Of a DNA stretch of 64,000 bases, positions 36,580-51,370 are shown piece by piece (position 1 is the first letter of the stretch; each line of letters begins with the position of its first letter). The DNA comes from Ionaspis alba (taxonomy: Eukaryota). Both the position numbers and the translations under genes were made by a program. Below the pieces are notes generated by a model. It was not told where the DNA came from, ran no database searches, and was given only the letters and a program-made list of their open reading frames with translations. Location: contig CAXUUL010000001.1 of NCBI GenBank assembly GCA_964255285.1, positions 1-64,000 of the forward strand. The letters are read 5' to 3'.

Positions 36580-38229
36580 TCACCGCCTCCTACTCACGCC
36601 TCCACCTTCCTTCTTCCGATTCCATGGATCGCTAGGATGCACCCACCCCCTGACTCTCCTCGCCTCCCTCGTCTCTCCGGCCTGCGGGTTTGGAATCCAC
36701 TCGTCTTTCTTCTCCATTACGTGCGACCTTGTCAGCGCCGCCGGCGGCCCAACATTGATCTTCCAGCTACATTGGCCCGGGAGTGGCTCCTCCTTGGCCA
36801 ACATGTGCAGATACCAGAGTGCAAGGCAGCACGTCATGCCCTCTGTCGTGCGCGCCTCGATTGTGGGAGCCAGCTCGAGGAACCCGAAGTATGGAGTTTC
36901 GGCCGTCCCAGCGCGCACGCACACGAGCTCGGTTTCGGTCATGATGAAGCCGTAGCGACATTGATGTTCCCGCATATAACGGTGCAGATGCGAGAGACCG
37001 AGGAGGTAGAGCACCTTTTTGTGGGGAGACTCAACGCGCATGCCTGTGTTCCAGCGCTCGTAGGACTTGACAATGCCGACGACACGGCCCTTGCCATTGC
37101 CGAAGAGCATCTTGGCAACGTCATCTTCGTAGTTGGAGACGAAGCTCGGGCTGTCGCGCTCTTTCGAGACGCGCATGGCGATGTGACGGTGGGCGCCAAG
37201 CGAGACTTTTAGAGCGGCGTTGACTTTGACCATGTAGAAGTCGCGGACGAGGTCGATCAAGGCAGCTTCGGAATCAGGGCGCAGAGGACTGGCGGAGACG
37301 GGTGGCTGGGGAAAGGCGGCTGCGTTGACGGAGACACTCAGGAGTTCGGGGAACTTGGGGATCTCCATGATGGTGTCGAGATCGAAGTCTTCCCAGGTTC
37401 GGAGATTACGAATGTCCCACCAGAAGTGCGAATGCATGCCGCGACCTGTCACGGCGTTGATCTGACGGACGATATCGATGGTGGGGTTCGGACCACGGAG
37501 GTAATCGTCGGGCGTCATGGTTGCCTCATCCGGCTGATCGCAGCGTTGCTCCATGGGGAGCTCAAAGTATTGGACACGTGGCGGAGGGGCAAGTGCTGGA
37601 GGCGTGAAGATGGATGCTCCTGGAGTTACTGAAGGGCTATAGTAGCCACTGGTGACATAGGCAGGCCGGCTACGATATGTGGGGTAGACGTGTCTTCCAA
37701 GTACCGAGGTGTCGATGCTGGATGCCGACGTGGACCTGCCGTGTCCGAGACCTGGTCGGCGATAGGATGGAGTGAGTGTGATAGGTGACTCGACAGCAGA
37801 GTTTACGCCTGCGCTAAACGCTGTGCTGTAGGTAGAAGTGGCTGACGATGGTTCAACCAGAGGGATGCAGTCTGGAGGGCTTGTTGTGCTGCGGTGTGGA
37901 GTTGGTCTTGTGGGAGCAGGATTTCCAGGTGGATTCAGTGTCTGCGATAGAGCTCTACGATGTGCCTTCGAGCCTCTGAGTGAAGGCTCGAGAACCTGAT
38001 CCTGTGTTCGAATGCGTGGCAGAAGTGTTGGACCGTGCAGCCGAATGGGAGACCGATCGCCAGGAGTCGTTACGCTTGTAATGACAGAGTCTGGCGAAGA
38101 GTTGGTGGAATATATCGACCAGAAGGAAGAGTTGGAGGTATTGCGGCTGTGAGCACTATTGTTAAGCGAGTCGGGTGGCTCGGCCGACGGCGGCGTAGTG
38201 GGTCTATATTGGTATGGTGTCAAAGGCAT
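36580..38229 (-). CDS. Conserved uncharacterised fungal protein: disordered S/P/T-rich N-terminus plus globular C-terminal domain
   Basis: 549-aa uninterrupted ORF; C-terminal HFWWDIRNLRTW...RYGFIMTETELVCVR...LALWYLHMLAK; probable 5'-UTR intron 38232-38304 (GTATGT...CTAAT...CAG). Confidence 0.85.
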   Translation of the reverse strand: MPLTPYQYRPTTPPSAEPPDSLNNSAHSRNTSNSSFWSIYSTNSSPDSVITSVTTPGDRSPIRLHGPTLLPRIRTQDQVLEPSLRGSKAHRRALSQTLNPPGNPAPTRPTPHRSTTSPPDCIPLVEPSSATSTYSTAFSAGVNSAVESPITLTPSYRRPGLGHGRSTSASSIDTSVLGRHVYPTYRSRPAYVTSGYYSPSVTPGASIFTPPALAPPPRVQYFELPMEQRCDQPDEATMTPDDYLRGPNPTIDIVRQINAVTGRGMHSHFWWDIRNLRTWEDFDLDTIMEIPKFPELLSVSVNAAAFPQPPVSASPLRPDSEAALIDLVRDFYMVKVNAALKVSLGAHRHIAMRVSKERDSPSFVSNYEDDVAKMLFGNGKGRVVGIVKSYERWNTGMRVESPHKKVLYLLGLSHLHRYMREHQCRYGFIMTETELVCVRAGTAETPYFGFLELAPTIEARTTEGMTCCLALWYLHMLAKEEPLPGQCSWKINVGPPAALTRSHVMEKKDEWIPNPQAGETREARRVRGWVHPSDPWNRKKEGGGVSRRR

Positions 38230-39806
38230 GTCTGAATCTTGGATTAGAAAGGAGCTGATGTGAATATTGGGCTCAAGGGCTTGGAGCTGACCAGCTTAAC
38301 ATACCTAATAGGAATGATTGGATATCAAGTCTTCTGAAGATATTAGGAAAAGGAGACCGGCTCCAATGTATTAGTCTTTAGACGACAGTATGCAAAACAA
38401 CAAAAGAGACTCGTTCACGAAAATGCTGCAAGACTCGTTGTATCCGGGGTATCAAATGCTGGAGCAGAAACAAGAACGCGACTGCGATGGAGGCAATACT
38501 TATCCTCCACGAACACCCCATGTCCTGCACCCCATTCTGAAACATGATAGAAGACTTCTGACAGGAAGCTTGGAAGGAAGCATATATGAAACTTGGTCGG
38601 GTCTGGGAATCTAGACTCGGAAGGGAAAGACTAGGAGAGACTATGACATCTGAGCGGTCGTCCGGGCAATAGTGGGATGCCCAAGGAGAGAGATATCGCG
38701 CGTCAACGCGGAGTTGGTTTGACGAATATACTATTTTGAGCTCCTTCCACAACGTTTTGCTCGCAAACACACGTCTGATATCCACATTGACGCCCGTAAT
38801 CACCGGCAATGGTCCATGAGGCAAGGCACTGGAGATCATCGGGCTTCCGTCGAGCAGAAGGACAGCGCAAGTTTCGTTGTAACCAGGTTTCATCTTACCA
38901 AGCGCTGACCCCTATATGTAAGCAAGGCTCGTATCAGAGAAGCCCTAGGGAGACCAGAGAGAGGTGTATTGCCCACCATGCTGATTCTGGCGCGTGGTGA
39001 GATGGAGAGAAAAGCAGACGTGAAGTTAGATGCAAGACGGAAAAACTAAAGTACGGCGCGTACTGCGTCCAAAATAAGCATCACGTTTGGCATTGGCTGT
39101 TTCATAGACAGCCAAGCAGGCTAATGCACTCGAGCCGCCTGCTAGATCTCAAGATAGATTAGCTTCTGGGCTGTTTCGGTACAAGCGTGGCCTCGGTCCG
39201 ATGCGGACTTCCAGGACGAGTTGAGGACGCGAGTAAGAGTCATATCCACACTTCTCCAGCATGCAGTGACCTCCCGTTACCACGCCAATGTACTCGCACG
39301 AGGAGTTCTAAGGTACAACGACGTGTTATTTACGAGGTATCTTGCAGCAGTGCATGTTTGTTGATTTGTCGAATTACGTGTGTTGCTCTTTCCTATATAT
39401 CTCGAGTGGTGCCAGCACACTTACTTACCTTTGACGACGACAAAACATTCGCAGAGAAAAGCCACACTTCAATCCCAATCACACAGACTTCCTCTCTGCT
39501 GATCTGCCGGGAAGAGGACAGTCGTCGTCATCGTTAGAGTTGGACATATAAGGGAACCAAAGGTGAGAGATGCATGTCGTGCACAATGTACATAACTCTT
39601 GCACCAAAAATTACACATCTCAAGAGTTATGCCTATCATCTGCTTCGAAGCACTATTAGTAAAGAGAGCAATTGTTGCTGGACCACAACAGATCTACTCT
39701 TCCCTCGTCATGTAAAACGCGTTCCATCAAGATGTCTCAACACTAGACCGTTCTAAAGTCTTGGTTTCCTAGATCCGTAGACCCCATCCATTGAATCTCT
39801 GTCAAC

Positions 39807-40644
39807 ATGTCCTCTTCCAATCCTACTATCGTTCTCATCCACAGCGGTTTACACGACGAAGCCTCTTTCGAACGCCTAAAAGACGCTCTACATAATCTCT
39901 CCTTCCCTGCTGTTTCAGGGACCCTTCCGACGGTCAGCAGTCCCACCCCGAAGTTGGTTGACCTGAGTAGCGATATCGACTTCGTTCGAACAAAGTTAAT
40001 CCTTCCACTCCTCGAAGAAGGCAAAGATGTCGTGGTGGCCATGCATTCGTATGGCGGCATAGTGGGGAATTCCGCTGTCCAGGGACTTAGCAAGACAGAG
40101 AGGATGGAAGAAGGAGAGAAAGGAGGTGTACTGGGACTCGTGAATATTGTGACTCTGATCCTGCCCGTTGGTGCCTCATGCATGGCTGGATGGGGAGGCG
40201 GATGGGATGCGGTTCCGTATATGCACCATGATGTGGGTGCTCGAGGAGTCCTCTCTGCCTCTTCATGTGCTTACTGACAATCGTCATCTCCTGAAGAAAG
40301 AAAAAGGGACCGTCGCATTGAAAGCTGCCATCGACACTATCGACAATGGCCAGAGTCGGAACGAGACCACGGAGACTTTGAAACTATACCGGCCGCATTC
40401 GACCCGTCCGTTCAAGGCCAAAGTGCAGTACACGGCATTCAGCGATCCAGCGTACAGGGGCAAGTGCGCGTATCTGATGTGCGAGGACGATGAGTCTCTA
40501 CCCTACACGGCGCAACAGAAGTTTGTCGAGACTTGTGGATTCGCTGTCACTAAATCGCTCAAAGCGTCTCATATGGTGGTCTGGACAATGCCGAAAGAGA
40601 CAGCTGCCTTTATTATTGAGGCAACCAGGAGATTTGAGGTTTGA
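39807..40644 (+). CDS. Alpha/beta hydrolase (methylesterase/Abhydrolase_6-like), 2 exons
   Basis: PTIVLIHSGLH, nucleophile elbow AMHSYGG, YLMCEDDESLP, ASH; phase-0 intron GTGGGT...CTGAC...AAG. Confidence 0.85.
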
Positions 40645-40829
40645 CTGTTATACGGAGTTTGCGCAGTGTATACAGTATCGCAAAATCAGCTTCAGAAAGC
40701 CGTTTCGGTTCTTCCGAAGATCGACCATAATTTGCAGTCTTCCAATGTTGATACGGCGGAGGCCCTCGGATGTGACTCGTCGCAGACGGTCAGAATGTCT
40801 ACTGGTCAGATCATATCTGTGCCGCCTCC

Positions 40830-42534
40830 TCACCCGGTCGATCCCATCTTGACAGCCATATTCTCTTTCCACCAATCACTCCAATGCACCACCTTCTTCT
40901 CCCTTCGTGCCTCTTCTGCTGCAAAAACCATTGCATGACTTCGGATGATATCTTCGAGGGTACAACCGATATGCAACTTCTGTGCCTCTTGCACACTCAA
41001 GCCTTCATTCTTCACCGCATTCACAGCCTTTATAAACTGTTGAGCCAGACCCTCATCGCCTCCACCATGTCCTCCACCAGGCTGTCGCGGATGATGGCTT
41101 TCCGATTTCCCCGAGGCGAAGTCGTGGACTACAATTGTTTTACTGTCGTACTCGATCTCGCCTTTAGTACCGTATATCCTACCTCTTCTCTCACATTGGC
41201 TATCCGTGAAAGCTACCATATGAAAGGTTGCACTCTTCGCTCCTCTTCCAGTGCTTGACCTAGCATCATCAGCAGTCGCTGTGGCCGAGGCCCTTTCGTC
41301 GTCATCGTCGTCCCAGGTCATGGTAACAACCTGATTATCACAGACATCATTGTCCGACTCCCAAACGCACCTTCCAAACCATGGCCGCGCATCAATCTCC
41401 TTCTGAGGCGTCGACCCATCATAATTTTCGGCCAAACGCTCCATGAGCATTGTCTCGGCACCGTCCTTCCCATGCTTTGAAAGACAATCTTCGATCTCTG
41501 GCACGACAATCTTGACCGGCCAACCCGTGATTCCCTTTGCCAGACGTCGTTCATTGTAGATTTTCTTCGCGCTGTACATACACTCTTTCTCTGCCGGGCA
41601 TGACAGACAGTTTGTAGCCTTGCCCGCTGATTTCGGCTTCTTGGACTTCTTGAAATATGAAAGAGAGCCAGTAGAAGTCACGTAGCTTGGAAGATGAGGG
41701 TTCCCGGCCTTAGAATCCGATTCGCAAAGAAGCCATAATAGAAAATCTATGTCGTGACAGGATTTCGTCAGCAACGAAGGCGCCGCAATCGATTCTTTCC
41801 TCCAATTGCCTCTGTAATCTCCAATCAGCATTTCCTGACGACCATAAAATCATTTCTCCATGTTCCATAAGCACTCACCGCACGTAAGAATGAGCGAAAT
41901 GCCACCATCCCACCGGCTCCGTATGCTCCACGCTCAGCACCTCACCCACAACTCCCTTTCCCAGTAGGTCCTTGAGTAGCATATTATGCGGACTATACCT
42001 CAACACATGCCCAACGGCAAATATAGCTTTCTGCTCCCGTCCCACCGCTCCCATCATTTCCCTCAATCCCGTCAGATCAGTCGCAACCGGTTTCTCGCAA
42101 AGTATATTCACAGCCTCTCCCTCCAGCCCTGCCACTCCCTTGACAATATCCACGTGCGTATCATCGAGCGTACAGATCACCACACCATCCATACCCTTTC
42201 CCACATCCCCCTTTTCACCAGCCGCAGCGCGCTGCCGCCGAACAGTCTCGTAGTCGAGCCAGTCTTGGTAGGTGTCGAAGGAGTCGGAGTCCCGACGACG
42301 TCGGGGCAGCCGTTGGGAGTCTCTGCGAGCAGAGTCGTCGCTCACGGAAGCATCTGCGGTGGCAGATGGCCAAATGTATTTCGAGCCGAGAGCATCGCGC
42401 TTGGAGGCAATGGGCTCGGCGATCGACACAACGTGGGCTGGCGTGGATGTTGTGATATATTTGGCAAAGTTGTTGCCGCGTGAGCCGGCCCCGATGATGA
42501 GAATACGGGGTGGTGAGGGGGAACGAGTGGACAT
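40830..42534 (-). CDS. Gfo/Idh/MocA-family oxidoreductase, 2 exons
   Basis: ILIIGAGSRG, ILCEKP, VGHVLRYSPHN, HFAHSYVR/GNWR, LLTKSCHDIDFL, GGHGGGD. Confidence 0.92.
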
Positions 42535-42836
42535 TACTTGCAGACCGGGAGGGATATTTGTTTAAGCGTGAAGTAACGGTGGGAAGATATGCTAGTATTT
42601 ATCCTTCCATCATTATTGATAATGGGAGGCTTCTGTCAATCTGCGAGGTCATTTGGTTATTTGGGAAATGGTTGGGTTTTTGACGCACTCGATGAGTTAG
42701 GCAGCCATGAGAAAGGTTACACCACAACGCTTGTATTCGCACATATTACATCCGCTAGTTCCCCTTTGCTCCTCTTTGTTCTACTCCTGGCGAAGATTTG
42801 AGTGTCTCATGCTTTACCATATTGTTTGTAAGTGTC

Positions 42837-43462
42837 CTACGGCTTTGACGTTCGAAAGAAGGTATCACGATAGTACCGAGCCTCCTCAATGCTTTCAAGA
42901 ATATCCTCCCTTGCCTGATGCAGGCCCTTCTTCTTAGGAACCTTCGCCAGAACCTCATCTGGTGCCCATCGTCGAGCCGCTTCCTTGATGGAACTGACGT
43001 CGAGGATTCGATAATGCAGGTAAGCCATTATTTGGGAGTATGGTCCCTGATTCAGAAATTCCTTATCGCAATGCACACTGTTGCCTGCAAGCAAGCCACT
43101 TCGCGGCTTTGGTATATGTGTCTTGATGTATTCGAGCAAGGTGGAAGCAGCCGCATTGGCGTCCGTCGTAGAAGCAATACATGCGGCTGTAAGGCCAGAT
43201 TTGCCATGAGTTTGGACGCACCATTCATCCATGTCATCGAGGGTCGATTTGTCGTGATGGACTATGGTGTCGAAGCCCTGCTCATCCAGAAGATTAAGTT
43301 GCGAATCCGTGATGAAACATGATATTGACATTATGGTGTCCTTCTGTCGATCAAGGCCTGTCATCTTCAGGGTTTAGAGAAGATTGCTAGTTCGACAATC
43401 GGACCATGAGATACCTCGCAGTCTATCCAAACCAAGGGGTCATCACAGCGTCCACCCGCCAT
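42837..43462 (-). CDS. REX2: Oligoribonuclease (Orn/Rex2, DEDDh), 2 exons
   Basis: MAGGRCDDPLVWIDCE/MTGLD, LAGNSVHCDKEFL, LHYRILDVSSIKE, HQAREDILESIEE. Confidence 0.95.
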
Positions 43463-43821
43463 CGTAATCGAACTGGGGACGTCTGAGAGGGAGATGGGTT
43501 GAAATGAGGCAGAGAAAGAGCATCTGGTGTGACACCACAGGCAGCGAGTAAATTGGACTCTGGATCAGAAGACCGAGATGTGGACGGGAAGATGGCTGTG
43601 AAGACAGATTGGGAGATCCCGTTTCCTAGAGTGATTGAGAAGGTTTCAATAAGCAAGAATGCGGAAATCAAGCTGGCTTCACTAGTTGATCCATCTGTAG
43701 GATTTTATCGACCTTCAGCCATCATTTCCCTTCGTAGCTCGTCAATATTGGATTCCCCTTGGCATCCTTCTGCAGGGTGATGTCGATTTTGCTTTAGCGG
43801 GGTGAGCTCTGGTAGACATAA

Positions 43822-45703
<1,882 letters not shown>

Positions 45704-47624
45704 GGGGGGCTTCTCTTCAAGCACGAAACTTTTGGTTGCCGACTACGATAAGTCACACAGTCAATTCTAGTCTATGATGATGGATGTACTTAGTTGTTAT
45801 ATATGCATGGTATGGTTGAAGATAGATCCCAAATTCAGCCAATCCACCATATTGTGGGCCTTCGATCTGAACACAGCCATTGATTGAGCTCGCGCACCTC
45901 TCTGATGGTAGTATAGTTTCCACTCTTATTACAAAAACGAACGCTGTTCTGTTTGGACAAGGTCCACCAAAACGACACTACGTTCCTTCAATATTCTGGG
46001 CCAAAAACAAATGAATTCACAGCGTCCGCCAGAATTTCGTTGAGAACGTTATCGCAATTTGTGTGCGTACAAGAGTTTACTGAGCGTCTTAATTCTAAGG
46101 TTCGAGTAGGTAGAACTAACCTTCTAGCAATGGATGAGGTGGCTGGATTGGCGTTTAATTGGGAAAGGAGTGGTACTTAATGGTCGAAGTGAGATAGGTC
46201 GATTGCATGAGTATCGACCAAGAAGATGGTGATATTGAACCCGAAATCGGTTTAGGAAATATCAGAGCTATATCGGATGGACGAGAATGGTGTTCTTTTA
46301 AGACTTGCGGCCTTGCGTCCTGGCTATAATACATTGGTTGCATGTTCAACAACACGAAGCTCTTTTCCGATTTTGAGACATCTGATCCTCGAACTGGCGA
46401 GGCAATCATTGGATACCCACTCTCAAGTTCGCAGTAGGACCAAACAGCTATCATCCAAAGCCTTCCTCACCTCCCTCCTAACCGCAGCCACCCATCGATC
46501 CCACAGTCAGCAATGCCCTAAGCAAACGCCCTCCGCAACTCCTTCCAGCCTCCCTCCTGTCAATCTCACTCCGAGCTCCCCAAGTTTCGACCACTACCGC
46601 CAAAGAGATCATCCCAAGAACAAACTTGACGATGATATCCCAACCATCTTTCCCCAGAAATCTGGATCAAAATCCTTGAGCATCCCCTACAAGCCGAGCA
46701 GGATAGCGGTCATGCAGAAAATGCGAGTTGCGGTGGGAAGGTAAGGACAGAGATACTCTGCGGGCCGGAAGGGAAAAGCTAGGACGGTGAGAGAGTTTAG
46801 TGAGGGAGAGAAGGCAGCTTCGAGGTCGATTGTTGTGTCAACTGCCGTAGTGTAGGGGGTGGAAGGGTAGGCGAGAGTGGGCGTTTTGACGTGCTAGTGG
46901 AGGGGAGGCTGATGGGGGGAGGAGCCATGGTGATCTGATTGCTGTAGAAGCGAGAATCTAGTATGATGCTAGAGGAAACAGATGAGGGCGACGGAACGTG
47001 GTATTGGTGGCCTTCGTTGTGCTGTTGTTGGTGGTGCTGGTGGTGCTGGTAGTGAAGTGGTAGTGTGTAGGAGGAGCTGGTTGAGAATGGAATGGGACTT
47101 GTCGAAAAGATTAGTTTCTTGACGAGGAGGATGCTTTTGCAACTGGGTAGAGGGAAGCTAGGGTACCTTTTCAATGTGGAATGCGGTAAGATGCACCGTA
47201 ACTCGACGAAGAAAGAGGTGAGGGAGCAGTACCTGCAAGGCTTGAACAGTACAATGGAAATAGGCCCCAGTATGGCTCAAATATGGAGAGAGCATTCGGG
47301 AGCACTGGCCTATAGAGATTAGTACCCACTGTAAGTTTTCTTCGCAGCGTTCTAGCTTTTTAGTAGCATTTTACATGCACAGAGCAGGAATTTGTGTACG
47401 AAGGCACGAAAGCCAAAGAAAATGGAGAAAGAAGTTATGAATTCATAGCACGGATCAAAGCAGTAAACAAACCACTGCAAGAATATGCTCGGTCCCAGTT
47501 CATGCATGCTGAGAAGCGGGTTCTCAGACCGTCGTGACAAATCCAAAGCCGTCCTCGCTATGCAAATGCAATCTAGCCAAGCTCCCACAGAGTCCCTCAT
47601 ACCATGTTATGCGATCTCCACTCA

Positions 47625-50600
47625 TCAGAGTCTCTGTCGATACGCCTCGTATTTAAAGTCTTCCTCCTCCGCCGCAGTCGGTACACCCACATACCCGCTC
47701 CCACCAGTCCTCCACCTATCCAAACCGAATTGCTCTCTTCCACTCTCATCTCGCTCAAATACGCCTCCAACACCCACCGGCTGTGCACCACCTAAGAGCC
47801 CCCTTTGACTGTCATTGCCCATCTGGTACAAGCCTCTTCCTCCGTCATCATACTTTCGGTAAGCGGGATGCAGTCCTAGGTCATCCGTCCTTTGCCTCAG
47901 CTGCGATGGTGCCGGACTCGCGCTTCGAGACCGCTCCCCAGAATTATCTGTCATGAAACTAGCAGGAGTCTGGCTGCGCTCACTAACTAGGTCGAGTGGT
48001 CTACCATATAGCTCGCCGTCGCCTCCATGTTCGTCACGGAAATCAGCGCGATTTTTAAAGTATGCAAAATCAAGGTTCGACTCGGGCACAACTTCGAAGA
48101 GATCACGGGGCGCACTGTCGCCACCTACATCAGACGCGAATCTTGCAACTTTACCAGGCTGTGCTTGGGACATGGGAGCCATGGCAATGTCTGAATATCC
48201 TGTGGGAACACCAGTCTCTGGATTGAGTCTACCACGGTAGATTTCGGCTAGTACGTGCTGGGCTTTGGCGTGGACCATTGGAGTGATAAGCGATTTATAA
48301 AGAGCCGGGTGGCCAAACTTGATAGCGACGCGATCGTTGCGATGAGGTTTCTTGCCTACGTCACCAAGACTTTCCACGTCTTTGAGGCTCGCTTTGGTGT
48401 AATACTCGTACTGGTCGTAGAACGTACGATTACAGTAGATCTTGAAGCTTAGAAGAATGAAGGGGAGAGGCGCCATACATCCTAGCATGGCCCAGCTCCC
48501 GAGAGCGCCCTTGATCACAAGGGCTGCAATACAGTTCGCCAGCAGTGTGGCGAAGAGCATACGGTTGAAGAGAATAATCCAAAACTGACCCCCCGATTCG
48601 GTCTTGGTAATAAAGACGTACAAAAGAAGGTACTTCTTCAACCAAGTGTCCACAGCGAAGTATAGGAATGTGACTGGAAGAACGAGCGGCTGTAATGTTG
48701 CATAGCACAGAGTGACTGTTGCATAGAACAGAAAATAATTATAATAACTTGCATAGTCGAAGGGAGGAGGTGCCGTCCACTCGATTGTCTGACGTGGGGT
48801 AGGGCTCATGAAGGTCCGAGCAAACCAGATATATGTCAGATTCACAATCTGCGCAAGATCCACAGCGGCGCCTAGATTTCGTTGTAGCAGCCAGATCACC
48901 CAGAACGGTGAGACTGTACACAAGGTAACCATGATGGCGTTCGGAAGATTGGCCTGCTGAATGGCAGTCCAAGAATCCTGGTTTGCGTCACGATTAGCGA
49001 TGACGGAGGCAACGAACTTCCAGATCGCCGTGAAGGTGGAAAAGACGATGAGATTATTGAACACAAAGAAAGCATAGAGTTTGCGCGTAACTTGCTGCTC
49101 GCGCGATGTTTTCGTCAAGCTTCCTGCTTTAGCTGCCATTCGTCTGAATAGGATGGGTAGAAGGAGATATATCAAAGAGGTCAAGGCAGGCGCCGCAATC
49201 GCTTGGACAGCTGCCCATGTGGTGGGGTGCCCGTTGAAGTTGTCCCTGAAGCCCTGCCACAGGTCTGCCAGATTGGCCAAATTGACTAGGAAAATGGCAA
49301 TCAAAGCATTAGGCGCGATCCACACTACGGTGAGTAGGGCGATCCAAAAACTGTTCATCAATGACTTCCCACTTCGTACTTTCTTTGACAAAGGCAAGTT
49401 GTCCCAAATGAGATCATTGGGTTTAGGAGCAAGCTGGATGGTGACACCGTGAGGATGCTTCTTCCTCGCAGCATATGCAACCTGATGAGCTTCCTCGATT
49501 CGCTCGTACATTGCAAATCCATACGGCATGGCATTCCTCTTATCAACAGATTCCCGGACTTCCTTGATCCGGAGTTCGAGGTCCCGAATGCGCTCTGTGA
49601 GGTACTCGATTGCATCAACCTGTTTGCTACCATCTGTTCGTTTGTCCTTCTTAGACGGTCGCAGCGTCGGCCGCTTCCTAGGAAGTTTATCGGGATTCTT
49701 GAGATACTTGGCTAAAACAGACTCTAGCTTCCTGACTGCATTCTCGTGTTGTTTGAAAAGTTCCGGAAGCTCTTTGACATTCCGAGCAATTGCAGCACGA
49801 GGCACACCGGCCGTCTGCTCGATCGAGTCCGCTATGCGGAGAATGCCCTCGTCCGATCGGTCAGAGGCAGGGATATCTGTTACGCACAGCGAACGAGAAT
49901 GCAAGCTCATCTGATATTCTGGACTTTCAAAGTACTGCCTTCGAAGTCTCGTCACCGCCACATAGTTCCTCCATAAGAAGAACAGGATGACGGCATCGAA
50001 CACCCAGGAGCAAGCGACGTGGCTCCACATGGGCGTACCCTGTACGAATTGAGGAGTCATCCTCGCGAACGCATTGGCAACCGCCTGATCGGAGTCTTTT
50101 GCTGCGGCGCCGCTACCATCGATAAAAGAATTGGACGTGAGCAGATGGACCGGTATCAGTATGCCACAGCCTCCAACACTGAGGAAGAGGAAGATATCTC
50201 TACACATCCTCGTGAATCGCAAGAAAACCGCGGCGTCCAAGCCCACTTTATCAACAAGCTCCTCTTCTTTTGTCTTTGCAACCGGCGAGAACCAGGCGAA
50301 GAAGCCCTTGCCAATCTCTGGCGGAGCATGCTTTTTGTCTGCGTGTCGAACTTTCGGCGCATAAACAGTGGAATTGTAGGGCCGGAGAAGGGAGAAGAAG
50401 AGTGTGATGACAACCATGACCCCAATGGAGGTGCCTAAGGCAATCCAGATCGAACTGGCAGCGAGCTGTGCAAAGCGTAATTAGCTCGGTCTCTGATAAC
50501 TGCGTCGCTCTGCAAAGCTCACTGTCCATTGGAAAGCATGCTGTAAGTCCTTCAAGATTTGTTGACCAGGGTCCGATCCTTGACTTGGTGCAGGCTCTTG

Positions 50601-50636
50601 ACGGCCGAGTAAACCCCCCCATCCTGAGAGCTCCAT
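47625..50636 (-). CDS. CSC1/OSCA/TMEM63 (DUF221) calcium-permeable stress-gated channel, 2 exons
   Basis: First exon MELSGWGG...AFQWT splices to LAASSIWIALGTS; VYAPK, VGLDAAVFLRF, APKPNDLIWDNL, YLLLYVFITKTESGG; many TM segments. Confidence 0.92.
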
Positions 50637-51370
50637 TGTCACGAGCCAGTGGACAGCCAGTCAGTCTAGATAAGTACTCTGGTCTCTGAAAAGCTGCAAG
50701 GTATCAAGTTCCCTTCGTCACTTGATGGGCATTCGGATGATTGAAACGGCGTTGAAGAGAGCGGGGCCGCGGGACCTCGAAGCGAGCGATGTGGAGAGAT
50801 GCCGCTCGAGCTATAGATCCTCGAAGTCGGGAAAGTAAAAGGAAAGAGGTAAAGACTGCAGGGCAAATGATTGGAAGTATCTAGGTAGTGGAGCGTAAGA
50901 GGATGAACGAGCGTGGTGGAAGATACAGTTGTCAGATTGCTTCCTCACATGTTGGGAAAGCCGCTCCAAATGTTTTATCCCTGTCCGCGCCTCAAACGTC
51001 ACGGCCAAGGAGCGCCAAGGAGATTCTCGTTGAGTCTATTTTTACGCTTTTCGAGGATTCGGCCAACAGCGGCAAGCGATGGGATGATCAGATCCTCGAC
51101 AAAGAATCCGAGAGGACAGATTCTTGGTAGGTCACTCTAGGTGTATAAATGCCCATCAACAGATGCAAATAAAGTTCACGTCTTATTCATCTAGTGATAT
51201 CTGTGGTTTGCATAGGGGATAAGGGGCGAGTCAAGCATGCAATTCCGGAACGATTTCCGACTAGCTTTGTGTACACCCAGCATCAACAGGAATTGTTCCG
51301 ACCCAACGCTCGCGAATCGTACACAGCTAAAGCTCTACTGGGGGCCGCCTCCGTAAGGTATCGTTCGCTC

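Noticed and set aside
20813..42534. ABC transporter, reductases, hydrolase and oxidoreductase as a secondary-metabolite cluster
   Set aside because: No PKS, NRPS, terpene synthase or cluster TF, and housekeeping genes are interleaved.
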